Assembly (NCBI GenBank): GCA_022562795.1
Contig: JADFOP010000010.1
Span: 1-52,494 of the forward strand
DNA: 52,494 bases
Source of the DNA: Nitrospinota bacterium
GTDB lineage: Bacteria; JADFOP01
Direction: 5' to 3'
This document shows, one piece after another, positions 42,148 through 50,610 of this stretch (its first letter is position 1; each line of letters opens with the position of its first letter). A model generated the notes under the pieces. It was given only the letters and a program-made list of their open reading frames with translations, searched no databases and had not been told where the DNA came from. The translations under genes were made by a program, and so were the position numbers.

Positions 42148-43995
42148 ATGGCACGGAGGATCCGAAAGATAGTTTTTGTGGAGCCTAGCTCCACCCACCT
42201 GCACATTTACAGTCGCGTTACTATCCCTCGCCTGGGCTCCGTCCTCCTAGGAACCATCATGCGGAATCTTGGCTACGATGTAAGGGTCTTCACCGAGGAC
42301 ATCGCGCCGGTTGATATGGACGAGGTCTTGAGCGCCGACATAGTCGGCATCTCCTCCCTGACATCCACCGCCCCCCAATCGTACAGCCTGTCTGAGAAGG
42401 TAAGGGCGGCAGGCGTCACGACCGTCCTCGGAGGCTCCCACGTAACATTTATGACGGACGAAGCCATCCAGTACGCGGATTACGTCGTTCGCGGTGAGGG
42501 CGAGGACGCCTTCGTGGAATTGGTCAAGGCAATCGAAAATGGCAAGGGTTTCGAAAACATTCAAAACCTCTCCTATTTGGACGGTGAAAAAGCGATCCAC
42601 AACCCCGAGCGGCCGAAACTAGAGGACCTGGATGTGACCCCCATCCCCGATTACTCCCTAATTGAAGGCTGGAAGGCTGGGGGGATCGCGTCCATCGCCA
42701 CCTCGAGGGGTTGTCCCTTCCCCTGCACATTCTGCTCCGTGCCGGGGATGTACGGGCGGGGCTTCAGGACCCACTCCATCGACCGGACCATCGAAGAACT
42801 TAAGTTACACAAGGAGGCGGATTACGTCTTTTTCGCCGACGACATATTCAACGCCAACCCCAAGAGGATGAAGGCGCTCTTGCAGAGAATGATCGATGAA
42901 GGGCTCACCACCAAATGGGGCGCGCAGATTAGAACGGAAGTCGCCAACGACCCCGAGATGCTTGAGTTGATGCGAGAGTCCAACTGCTTTAACGTCTACG
43001 TCGGCTTCGAATCCATAAACCCGAAGACCTTGGAGCTCTTCAAAAAGAAGCAGGATCTGGACAAAATCGAGCGGAGCATCGAGCGGTTCCACAAGCACAA
43101 AATACGGATCCACGGGATGTTCGTGGTGGGGTCGGATGAGGACGACGTCGAGACCATCCATGCCACGACCGAGTTTGCAAAATCACGCGACATCGGGTCG
43201 GTCCAGTTTTTGATTATGACCCCAACCCCAGGCTCCCCTGATTGGGACAATCTCTTCAAAAAGGGTGATAAGTACATCATCAGCGACGATTGGAGCCTCT
43301 TCGACGGCCATCACACCGTCCACCAGCCAAAGCGAATGACCCCGTACGAGCTCCAGATAACGGCCTACCATGCTATGAACAATTTCTACACGTGGGGTGG
43401 AATCATAAAGAAGTTCCTTCAGGGTGACATCTGGACCGCCGGGATCCGGCTCTACGGAAAGCGGCTCATGAAGGACTGGTGGAAAGACGAGCGAAACCAG
43501 GCCTACATAGAGAAGCTGAGGAAAGACGTCTACGATGGCGCCGAAGAGCGGGTCAATGGCAACACGGTTGGAATCCCAGACGTCTTCGTCCAAGACGGGA
43601 TGGGAGAGCTCCTTCGAAGTTTTCTCGGAGAGTTGGGTCTCAAGGTCATCCCATTTCAAGCGGAGGCTAGTGAGGGTGAGCACTCCTTTGCCGACACCCT
43701 CGACAAGTGGCGCCATAAGGCCGACTGTCTGATTCTGCCGGTGGTGAAGAAAGCCGCGGATGGCAAGGAGGGGCTCTACCGAACGCTCAACGCTTTAAGC
43801 GAGTTCTTCCAGACGAACAAGGAGAAGCTCCCGCAGATTGTCCACTTCCCCTTCCACGACGGCCAGGGACCCGTCTTCGAGAGCTTCGCCAGGGTCGGGC
43901 TCGCCTTTACAGGAAACTTCCAGAAGATTCGGAATGCGTTCCTCGAGGCCCTAAACTCCATCGAGGCCAAGAGCGCCGAAGAGCAGACGGCGTAA
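42148..43995 (+). CDS. B12-binding radical SAM protein with C-terminal extension
   Basis: N-terminal cobalamin-binding fold (VGISSLT, VLGGSHVT, VVRGEGE), TSRGCPFPCTFC, FFADDIF, VGFES, TPTPGS. Confidence 0.92.
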   Translation: MARRIRKIVFVEPSSTHLHIYSRVTIPRLGSVLLGTIMRNLGYDVRVFTEDIAPVDMDEVLSADIVGISSLTSTAPQSYSLSEKVRAAGVTTVLGGSHVTFMTDEAIQYADYVVRGEGEDAFVELVKAIENGKGFENIQNLSYLDGEKAIHNPERPKLEDLDVTPIPDYSLIEGWKAGGIASIATSRGCPFPCTFCSVPGMYGRGFRTHSIDRTIEELKLHKEADYVFFADDIFNANPKRMKALLQRMIDEGLTTKWGAQIRTEVANDPEMLELMRESNCFNVYVGFESINPKTLELFKKKQDLDKIERSIERFHKHKIRIHGMFVVGSDEDDVETIHATTEFAKSRDIGSVQFLIMTPTPGSPDWDNLFKKGDKYIISDDWSLFDGHHTVHQPKRMTPYELQITAYHAMNNFYTWGGIIKKFLQGDIWTAGIRLYGKRLMKDWWKDERNQAYIEKLRKDVYDGAEERVNGNTVGIPDVFVQDGMGELLRSFLGELGLKVIPFQAEASEGEHSFADTLDKWRHKADCLILPVVKKAADGKEGLYRTLNALSEFFQTNKEKLPQIVHFPFHDGQGPVFESFARVGLAFTGNFQKIRNAFLEALNSIEAKSAEEQTA

Positions 43996-44412
43996 GCGAG
44001 GGGTAGCTTAAGAACAGCGCTCAGACGGTTCGGCTCCCCCATGCCGACACCCCCTCTAATTCTTAGACTGACGCACTGTTTTTGACATGGCGACGGCCCT
44101 TCGGTTTATGAACGAAAAGGGGCTTTATCCTTTTGTTCAGGTTATGAGCATAAGAAATAGACAATCAAAGAGAGGTTGACGAGCACGTCTGAGGCACTTA
44201 ATTTTCAACTGAGTCTAAAAGACACCAACTCGTTCAAAGCACTAACCACCCTCTTGAATTCAAGTCCAGAATTGAAGACTACCAATTAAGGTGATAAAGT
44301 AGGCCAATCTCAAGATTTGGCTTATCGGCCAAATTGTTTGAGATTCACAGCATCTTTACAATCCACGGAGCCCTAATTATCGGAACAATCTAAGTCCCAA
44401 TAATCGCATGAT

Positions 44413-44500
44413 GCCGGGGTGGCGGAATTTGGTAGACGCACGGGACTTAAAATCCCGGGGCCGAAAGGCCGTGCGGGTTCGAGTCCCGCCCCCGGCACCA
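44413..44500 (+). tRNA. tRNA-Leu (TAA)
   Basis: GCCGGGG acceptor stem, anticodon arm CGGGA-CTTAAAA-TCCCG, long variable arm, GTTCGAG T-loop, encoded CCA. Confidence 0.97.
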
Positions 44501-44619
44501 ACTTTTTCAATTACTTGCTGAGTGCCGGGTGGTTAAATTGTCCGAGGAAAGGTTGGTCGAGCATAAGGCTGGGGTGCCCGCCTTGGAATCGCCACTCACG
44601 ACGGACTTTTTGATACGTT

Positions 44620-45285
44620 TTATATATCCGCAGCTCCAACCAAACCCATATCGATTAACCATGGAGGGTCTGTCGGCCCGAAGTCCGAGCCGTAGCTGAC
44701 CCTGGCGGCGGGGCTGCTGAGTGTTGCCCCATTTTCGTCAATAACGGCCCATCTCAGAGAGGGAGCATAATAAACCACTGAAACCGACCTTACGTTCAAC
44801 GTAGGCTGCCCCAACAAGCGCATGAAGAAAAGGGCTATGAAGTTGTGGCGGACTTCGGGGCGCTGAGCCGTGACCCGTACGCTATTGGCATCCGCTTCCT
44901 CGCCGGGCGCCGATGCGGCAAACTTCTTTGTTTGCATATCATAGGCGCCGATTTCGATATCTTCCGAAGCGAGTGTGACCGGAATGCCGCCGATTGCATA
45001 CCGCTGGGCCTGGAGCTGAGCCTGGCCTCTGGCTTCTTCTGGACCGTATCGCAGGTTCGCGGCGGCGGCCAGAGAGGCTGAGTAGGTGGCGTTTCGAAGC
45101 GTGGAGCGGACGACGTAAAGATAGCCCTGATCGGTGACGAGCCCTAAAAATCCGACGAGAGCTACCAGGAGCAGCAACGAGCGTAAGGAATCGACGGCCC
45201 CCGCTCCCTTACCTCTATCGTGAGAACTGGTGAACGCCACCCAGTGCCAGATACGATAAATACTTGAAGCTCTATTACCAATCAT
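44620..45285 (-). CDS. Short or degenerate TadG-like pseudopilin (possible pseudogene)
   Basis: GLVTDQGYLYVVRSTLRNATYSASLAAA...DIEIG...ANSVRVTA...LFFMR; paralog of the neighbours but without their C-terminal domain. Confidence 0.65.
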   Translation of the reverse strand: MIGNRASSIYRIWHWVAFTSSHDRGKGAGAVDSLRSLLLLVALVGFLGLVTDQGYLYVVRSTLRNATYSASLAAAANLRYGPEEARGQAQLQAQRYAIGGIPVTLASEDIEIGAYDMQTKKFAASAPGEEADANSVRVTAQRPEVRHNFIALFFMRLLGQPTLNVRSVSVVYYAPSLRWAVIDENGATLSSPAARVSYGSDFGPTDPPWLIDMGLVGAADI

Positions 45286-45309
45286 TTTCGCATCCCCCCC
45301 GTTGCTCTC

Positions 45310-46617
45310 CTATTGGACGAGAACAGGTCGTACAGTGGCGACATCTATCCCCACGTTCTTGAGGAGCGCCAACTCGTACAAGGACTCGTCGTAATGAACT
45401 GCACCTGAACTATTGAGCGAGACCTCTTCTCCCATTACAGCCCCATAAAAATCGACGGTGCTGCCGTTCACAACATGCGCGTTGGGTGCGTATAGAACGC
45501 CATAGAAATCGACGTTGTGGTTAAGTTGCACATCCTCGTTGGAGGAGGCCATAATGATAAGGTTCTCCGGGTTTTGGCCAGGATTGATGATGTTCGAATT
45601 ACTCACCGAGAAGGTCCCGGTAAGGTAAATGACGGTCGGTCCATCCACCTGTAGCGATGCGCCATTGCTAAGTTCGACCGAGGTGAAGTAGTATCGGCCA
45701 CCGGGTAAAGTGATGCTGTCGCCGCTACTGAGCGCGAGATCGTAAGGCCCCATCTCAAAAGGATCTTTGCCCCCGTCCGTCACAGCCGGGATGTTGCCGT
45801 TGTCGTTGTTCGTAGCTATGTCGCCGAACTCGATGTCGTCCAAAACCGGGCACCCCCCAGGGTTCGTCGAACCGGTTACATAGGAAGAATCATTCAGGAT
45901 AACCGTCTTATCCGGGCCTGGACGGGCATCGCCCTTCACGACCGACACTGAGTTGAGCTCTATGTCTCCGCAGCTGCAGACATCCCCATTTTGACCGGCC
46001 GTGGCGGGGCTGTACGGCCCGAGTTCGGAGTTGTAGCTATCGGTGGTGGACGAGCTGTTGAGGGTTACTTTCTTTTGGCCGATAATGCCCCCTCCACACG
46101 GACCCATCCTGTACGACACGGCCATAACCCTTACGTCCGAGGTCTCGTGCCCGAAAATGCGCATGAAAAAGAGGGAGATGGGGTCATTTCGGTCTTTTGA
46201 ACGTTGGGCCGTAACACGTACGCTATCGGCGTTCGCCTCTTCGGCTGGCGCCAGGACGGTAAACTCCTTGGTCCCTATTTCCCAGGTGCCAAGCTCGATG
46301 TCAGCCAGAACGAGGGCTACTGGAGTGCCGCCGACGTTGTGCTGCTGGGCCAGGAGCTGAGCCTGTTTGCGGACCTCATCAGGGCCGTAAGTAAGGCTTG
46401 AGACGGCGGCAAGGGATGCGGCGTCAGCGGCGTTATGAAGCGTCGAGCGAACCACGAACAGATGACCCAGGTCGATGACGAGGCCTGCAAAAGCGAGTAG
46501 TACAGCGAGAAGAACCGTTACGAGAACAATAACATTTCCCCGTTGACCTAGCAGGCGGGGGAACAACCCCACTTGAGCCAAAGAATTGCTTCTTGAATCT
46601 TTCGTATTCATCTTCAT
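45310..46617 (-). CDS. TadG-like minor pilin/adhesin with C-terminal beta-rich domain
   Basis: QRG|NVIVLV prepilin site, IDLGHLFVVRSTLHNAADAASLA, C-terminal FYGVLYAPNA and VHYDE. Confidence 0.85.
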   Translation of the reverse strand: MKMNTKDSRSNSLAQVGLFPRLLGQRGNVIVLVTVLLAVLLAFAGLVIDLGHLFVVRSTLHNAADAASLAAVSSLTYGPDEVRKQAQLLAQQHNVGGTPVALVLADIELGTWEIGTKEFTVLAPAEEANADSVRVTAQRSKDRNDPISLFFMRIFGHETSDVRVMAVSYRMGPCGGGIIGQKKVTLNSSSTTDSYNSELGPYSPATAGQNGDVCSCGDIELNSVSVVKGDARPGPDKTVILNDSSYVTGSTNPGGCPVLDDIEFGDIATNNDNGNIPAVTDGGKDPFEMGPYDLALSSGDSITLPGGRYYFTSVELSNGASLQVDGPTVIYLTGTFSVSNSNIINPGQNPENLIIMASSNEDVQLNHNVDFYGVLYAPNAHVVNGSTVDFYGAVMGEEVSLNSSGAVHYDESLYELALLKNVGIDVATVRPVLVQ

Positions 46618-46641
46618 TCCCTCATGACCGCCCTTGTTGAG

Positions 46642-47970
46642 CTACTGGACGAGAACAGAGCTCACCGTGTTGCCGGGGAGAATCTCCACGTCGCTAAGGA
46701 GAGCAATGTCGCCCAGAGATTCGTCGTAATGGACCACGACCGAACTATTTAGAGTGATCTCTTGTGCCATGATGGCCCCATAAAACCCGACGCCGCTGTT
46801 AAGCACAACATGCGCATTGGGCGCGTAGATGATGCCGTAGAAATCGACGTTGTGGTTAAATTGCACATCCTCGATGGAGGAGACCATAATGATGAGGTCC
46901 TCCGGGTTTTGACCCGTATTCACGATCGTCGAACTATGCATTTCGAACTTCCCGGTCACGTACATGACGGTCGGTCCCATCACCGTTAGGGTTGAGGAAT
47001 GGGCAATATCGACCGATGTGAAGTAGTATCGGGCCGGGTTCAGACTAGTGCCACCGGGCAAGGTGAGACTGTCTTCGTTATGGAGCGCGAGATCGTAAGG
47101 CCCATCCTCAAAAGGATCTTTGCCCCCGTCCGTCACAGCCGGGATGTTGCCGTTGTCGTTGTTCGTAGCTATGTCGCCGAGCTCAACGTCGGCCAAAACC
47201 GGGCACCCGCCGGGTTTAGTCGAACCTGTCACGTAGGAGGAGTTATTCATGATAACAGTATTATCCGGGCCTGGATTGGCATTGCCCCGCACGATGGCAG
47301 ATGAGTTGAGCTCTATGTCTCCGCAGCTGCAGACATCCCCATTTTCATTGGCACTGACGGGGCTGTACGGCCCATAGTCGGAATTGTAGCTATCGGTGCC
47401 AGTTGAGCTGTTAAACGTTATCTTTGTCTCGCCGATAATTCCTCCGCACAAAGCTGGCTCATAGTGCGCCACGGCCATCACCCTTACGTCCGAGTCCTCG
47501 TACCCGAAAATACGCATAAAGAAGAGGGATATTGGGTTGTTGCGGGCGCTGGAACGCTGAGACGTGACCCGGACACTATCGGCGTTTGCCTCTTGGTCTG
47601 GCGCCAAAACGGTAAAGGTCTTGGAGCCCTCATCCCAGTTTCCAAGGTCGATGTCGGCCAGGACGAGAGTTACCGGAGTGCCGTCGACAGCGTGATGTTG
47701 GGCGAGGATCTGAGCCTGGTTACGGGCCTCATCGGGGCCGTAGCTCAGGCTTGCGGCAGCGGCCAGAGAGGCGGAGTCAGCGGCGTTCTGAAGCGTTGAG
47801 CGGACTACGAACAGATGGCCCAGATCGATGACTATGCCCGCAAAACCAATCAAAACAGCGAGGACCACCGCAACTATAACGACTACAGCTCCCCCTTCGT
47901 CAGCCAACAGGCCGGGCAACGACTCCCTACGGGACAAAGAATTACGCCTTGTTTTTATCTCTACCTTCAT
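46642..47970 (-). CDS. TadG-like minor pilin/adhesin, close paralog of 45310-46617
   Basis: DEGG|AVVVIV site, LQNAADSASLAAA, FYGIIYAPNA; long stretches identical in DNA to the neighbour. Confidence 0.85.
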   Translation of the reverse strand: MKVEIKTRRNSLSRRESLPGLLADEGGAVVVIVAVVLAVLIGFAGIVIDLGHLFVVRSTLQNAADSASLAAAASLSYGPDEARNQAQILAQHHAVDGTPVTLVLADIDLGNWDEGSKTFTVLAPDQEANADSVRVTSQRSSARNNPISLFFMRIFGYEDSDVRVMAVAHYEPALCGGIIGETKITFNSSTGTDSYNSDYGPYSPVSANENGDVCSCGDIELNSSAIVRGNANPGPDNTVIMNNSSYVTGSTKPGGCPVLADVELGDIATNNDNGNIPAVTDGGKDPFEDGPYDLALHNEDSLTLPGGTSLNPARYYFTSVDIAHSSTLTVMGPTVMYVTGKFEMHSSTIVNTGQNPEDLIIMVSSIEDVQFNHNVDFYGIIYAPNAHVVLNSGVGFYGAIMAQEITLNSSVVVHYDESLGDIALLSDVEILPGNTVSSVLVQ

Positions 47971-48044
47971 TCACGCATTACCCCTCTTGAGGTAAGTGCT
48001 ATCCACCACTGACCAAGGGCTGCAACACTCACTAACCTCCCCCT

Positions 48045-49256
48045 CTACTGAATGAGCACAGGCGCGGAAAGAGTGGGATTGGGATCGGTACCCTCACCCC
48101 CTAGGATAAACTTCGTGGAGGCGAATTCCGTAAATGTGACGTCAATATGGCGATCCGCTTGATCGCCGGTGAGCTTAACGTCCGTGATAATGGCCCCAAC
48201 AAAGCTAATCACATAGTAGAGGGTCCCGGCCGCCTTATCCGTGACCTTGTTAAAGACAGGAAAGACCACTCTATTGCCGTACTGCGATCCGAGGAAAGTT
48301 GTCAATGAGCTTCCCGAGATGCCAGGGTCGCCCTCCAGCTTCAGGCACTTGCAGCCGTCCTCAGGGAGAATTAAGTAATCATCGAAGCCGTACTCGATCC
48401 AAAATTTTATATCGTCGTTTGAATTTTCACCACCGTCGAGGTCGAGGACGCCGAAGTTGGCCTCGCTCTGGATGTGAGGGTAAATGTCTTTAGGGTCGGG
48501 GAGGCCATCCCCATCCCCATCGACCAGCCAGGTATCTCTTACGGCGATGGGCATGAGGATACCAGGCCCTACGCCGATAACCCGATGATCTAGCGTGGTA
48601 ACAGCAACGGCTGCCGCCCCCATCGACTCCCTGCCCCAAATGCGCGCAAAGATCGTGGGCACCGGCCCGGCCGCCGTCCCGGCGGACCGGCGAATCTGAA
48701 CTCGAAGCGTCTCAGGGCCAAGGACGATTACGTCTACGGCGTCCGCTTCGGGGGCCGTATGGTTGAGGCGAAATTGGCCGTCATCTGTGGCGAAGGCCAC
48801 AGCCATAGTCTGAGCATAATCTTCACCGTTGTGAACCAACTCTACTACCCCCGCCAAGGCTCCCGCGTCGGCCGCGTTCTGAAGCTCGCCGCGGACGACA
48901 AAGAGCACGCCAAGGTCTATCACCATTGCGGCAAAACCGATTAGAACAGCGAGGACCACCGCAACTATAACGACTGTAGCTCCCTCTTCGTCAGCCAATA
49001 GGCCGGGGAGCGACCATGAATCAGGAAGTCCAATCGCAACGATTACAGCTCCCCCTTCGTCAGCCAACAGGCCGGGGGGCGACCATGAATCAGGAAGTCC
49101 AATCGCAACGATTACAGCTCCCCCTTCGTCAGCCAACAGGCCGGGGAGCAACCATGAATCAGGAAGTCCAATCGCAACGATTACAGCTCCCCCTTCGTCA
49201 GCCACCAGGCCGGGGAGCGACCATGAATATCGCCTTGTATTTTTATTTATCTTCAT
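48045..49256 (-). CDS. TadG-like minor pilin with repeated N-terminal leader
   Basis: IDLGVLFVVRGELQNAADAGALAG, VPTIFARIWG, DGDGDG loop, NFGVLDLDGG; C-terminal domain differs from the other paralogs. Confidence 0.85.
   Translation of the reverse strand: MKINKNTRRYSWSLPGLVADEGGAVIVAIGLPDSWLLPGLLADEGGAVIVAIGLPDSWSPPGLLADEGGAVIVAIGLPDSWSLPGLLADEEGATVVIVAVVLAVLIGFAAMVIDLGVLFVVRGELQNAADAGALAGVVELVHNGEDYAQTMAVAFATDDGQFRLNHTAPEADAVDVIVLGPETLRVQIRRSAGTAAGPVPTIFARIWGRESMGAAAVAVTTLDHRVIGVGPGILMPIAVRDTWLVDGDGDGLPDPKDIYPHIQSEANFGVLDLDGGENSNDDIKFWIEYGFDDYLILPEDGCKCLKLEGDPGISGSSLTTFLGSQYGNRVVFPVFNKVTDKAAGTLYYVISFVGAIITDVKLTGDQADRHIDVTFTEFASTKFILGGEGTDPNPTLSAPVLIQ
48969..49227. repeat. 69-bp in-frame tandem repeat, about 3.7 copies
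   Basis: C(G/A)ACCATGAA recurs at 49011, 49080, 49149 and 49218; the unit encodes 23 aa (PGLLADEGGAVIVAIGLPDSWxx). Confidence 0.95.
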
Positions 49257-49717
49257 TCACGCATTACCGCTGTCGAGGTTATAGTAATTCCCTCTCCCCA
49301 GCCCTCGTTGCCCGCGAACATCTCCAGCAAGGCCCCGAGAGGGGTCATGTATGCAATGTTGTAAGAGATGGCCACCTGGTGGGCCTGAGCGGTGGTAGTG
49401 CCCACAGGAATGATCACGATCGTCTGGCAGATGCCCGTGTAGCCTAGCGAAGGGCTGGTGGAACACGATTCCGTAGGCGATGGGATACCCGCCGGCTCCA
49501 ATATTCGATTGGCTGCCACGGTATAGGGCTCAAAGTCAGTAGCCGAGGCCCGAGCGGCCTCCCGTGAAGCGTTTGTAATAACCTGATGGCTGTATAAGAC
49601 ACGGCCAAACTCGATAATGCCCATCAGGATGATCATCAGAAATGGCAGCACCAGGGCCATCTCAACTGCGGCGGCCCCTCCGTCTGCCGAGACTATGCGG
49701 CGCAACCGCTGCAACAT
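49253..49717 (-). CDS. tadE: TadE-family pseudopilin
   Basis: G|AAAVEMALVLP...GIIEFG...NASREAAR. Confidence 0.9.
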   Translation of the reverse strand: MLQRLRRIVSADGGAAAVEMALVLPFLMIILMGIIEFGRVLYSHQVITNASREAARASATDFEPYTVAANRILEPAGIPSPTESCSTSPSLGYTGICQTIVIIPVGTTTAQAHQVAISYNIAYMTPLGALLEMFAGNEGWGEGITITSTAVMRE

Positions 49718-49800
49718 GTGCCTTTACCTCCCCTTAAGACTGCGTGGCGTGTAATCCTCTTTGATCTCAAAGACTAGCATCTCATCAACGAAACTCGGGA

Positions 49801-49838
49801 GAGGAGGGAAAAGACGGACTTTAATCTCTTCCCTCCCC
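49801..49838 (-). terminator. Stable hairpin between flp and tadE (attenuator or mRNA stabiliser)
   Basis: 14-bp stem GGGGAGGGAAGAGA/TCTTTTCCCTCCTC with G-U pairs on the minus strand; weak U tail. Confidence 0.55.
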
Positions 49839-49866
49839 AAACGCTACGTGCCGCAAGGAGCCGCGT

Positions 49867-50052
49867 TTAGTTCGATGACGGAATCGTCGAGCTGATCACG
49901 GTGTTCACGCCGCCGAACACGCCGTTAAGCGTGGTACCGAGACTCTGAACGGTCAGAATGATGGCGGCTGCAATGAGAGCTACCAGGAGGCCGTACTCAA
50001 CAGCCGAGGCCCCATCTTCGTCCTGCATGAACATCTTGAGGTGCTTCATCAT
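49867..50052 (-). CDS. flp: Flp/Fap type IVb major pilin
   Basis: DEDG|ASAVEYGLLVALIA; AAGGAG RBS. Confidence 0.95.
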   Translation of the reverse strand: MMKHLKMFMQDEDGASAVEYGLLVALIAAAIILTVQSLGTTLNGVFGGVNTVISSTIPSSN

Positions 50053-50168
50053 GGTGTTTCTCCTTCTTTTGTTCCCTGTTTTCCTCTGAAAGGGTTAAAA
50101 TTGCCGGGCATCCCCCGAGGAGCCCGCGCCCTTCCGTTCCCCTTGGTTGGTCGGTAACACATAATATT

Positions 50169-50184
50169 AGCAAGACCCGTGCCA
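50169..50184 (-). promoter_or_regulatory. sigma54 promoter of flp
   Basis: TGGCACGGGTCTTGCT consensus match. Confidence 0.85.
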
Positions 50185-50527
50185 CCACTTATCGTTTCTT
50201 TCCTCTCACAACCCTTTCAGGACAAAAACCCTGTAATGAATTGATAACAAAAGAGATTTATTCGTGGCCTTGGCGATGTAGGACCGCCTCAGCGCAGCAG
50301 AGAGCCGGTTTGATATAAGCTGGATTGGTATCTTTTAGTAAACGGGTTGATGATTTGATCAAAGGTCGAGACCTTTGTGGTACATAATTTGCAGATTTTT
50401 CCAGCCTGAAGAGAGAGGAGGCCCTTTATCCCATGAAAATGGAGAAACGGGTCGCTGATTGATTGATGATAACCCTAGTTATTACGGTGAGTTCGATGAA
50501 GAATCTAAAAAAAATATTAAAAAACCC

Positions 50528-50556
50528 TTGCCAACATCTACCTATTGTGTTATATA
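50528..50556 (+). promoter_or_regulatory. sigma70 promoter of the secretin operon
   Basis: TTGCCA-17 bp-TATATA. Confidence 0.5.
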
Positions 50557-50610
50557 GATACTCAGTACGTTCGCGTTCATGCCCATGGGCCCCGGGCAGA
50601 GAGACCCGGC

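Noticed and set aside
44306-44345. Hairpin AATCTCAAGATTTGGC...GCCAAATTGTTTGAGATT upstream of tRNA-Leu
   Set aside because: Isolated imperfect stem with no second copy or family resemblance, so no function can be supported.
44500-44620. Integrative element at tRNA-Leu or tRNA-fMet
   Set aside because: No integrase, transposase or duplicated tRNA 3' end found in the window.
45310-47970. Diversity-generating retroelement or shufflon acting on tadG paralogs
   Set aside because: No reverse transcriptase or recombinase in the window, no inverted cassettes, and the differences do not look adenine-restricted.
48969-49227. Possible CRISPR array
   Set aside because: Units are contiguous 69-bp near-copies without unique spacers, in frame within a CDS; no cas genes are present.
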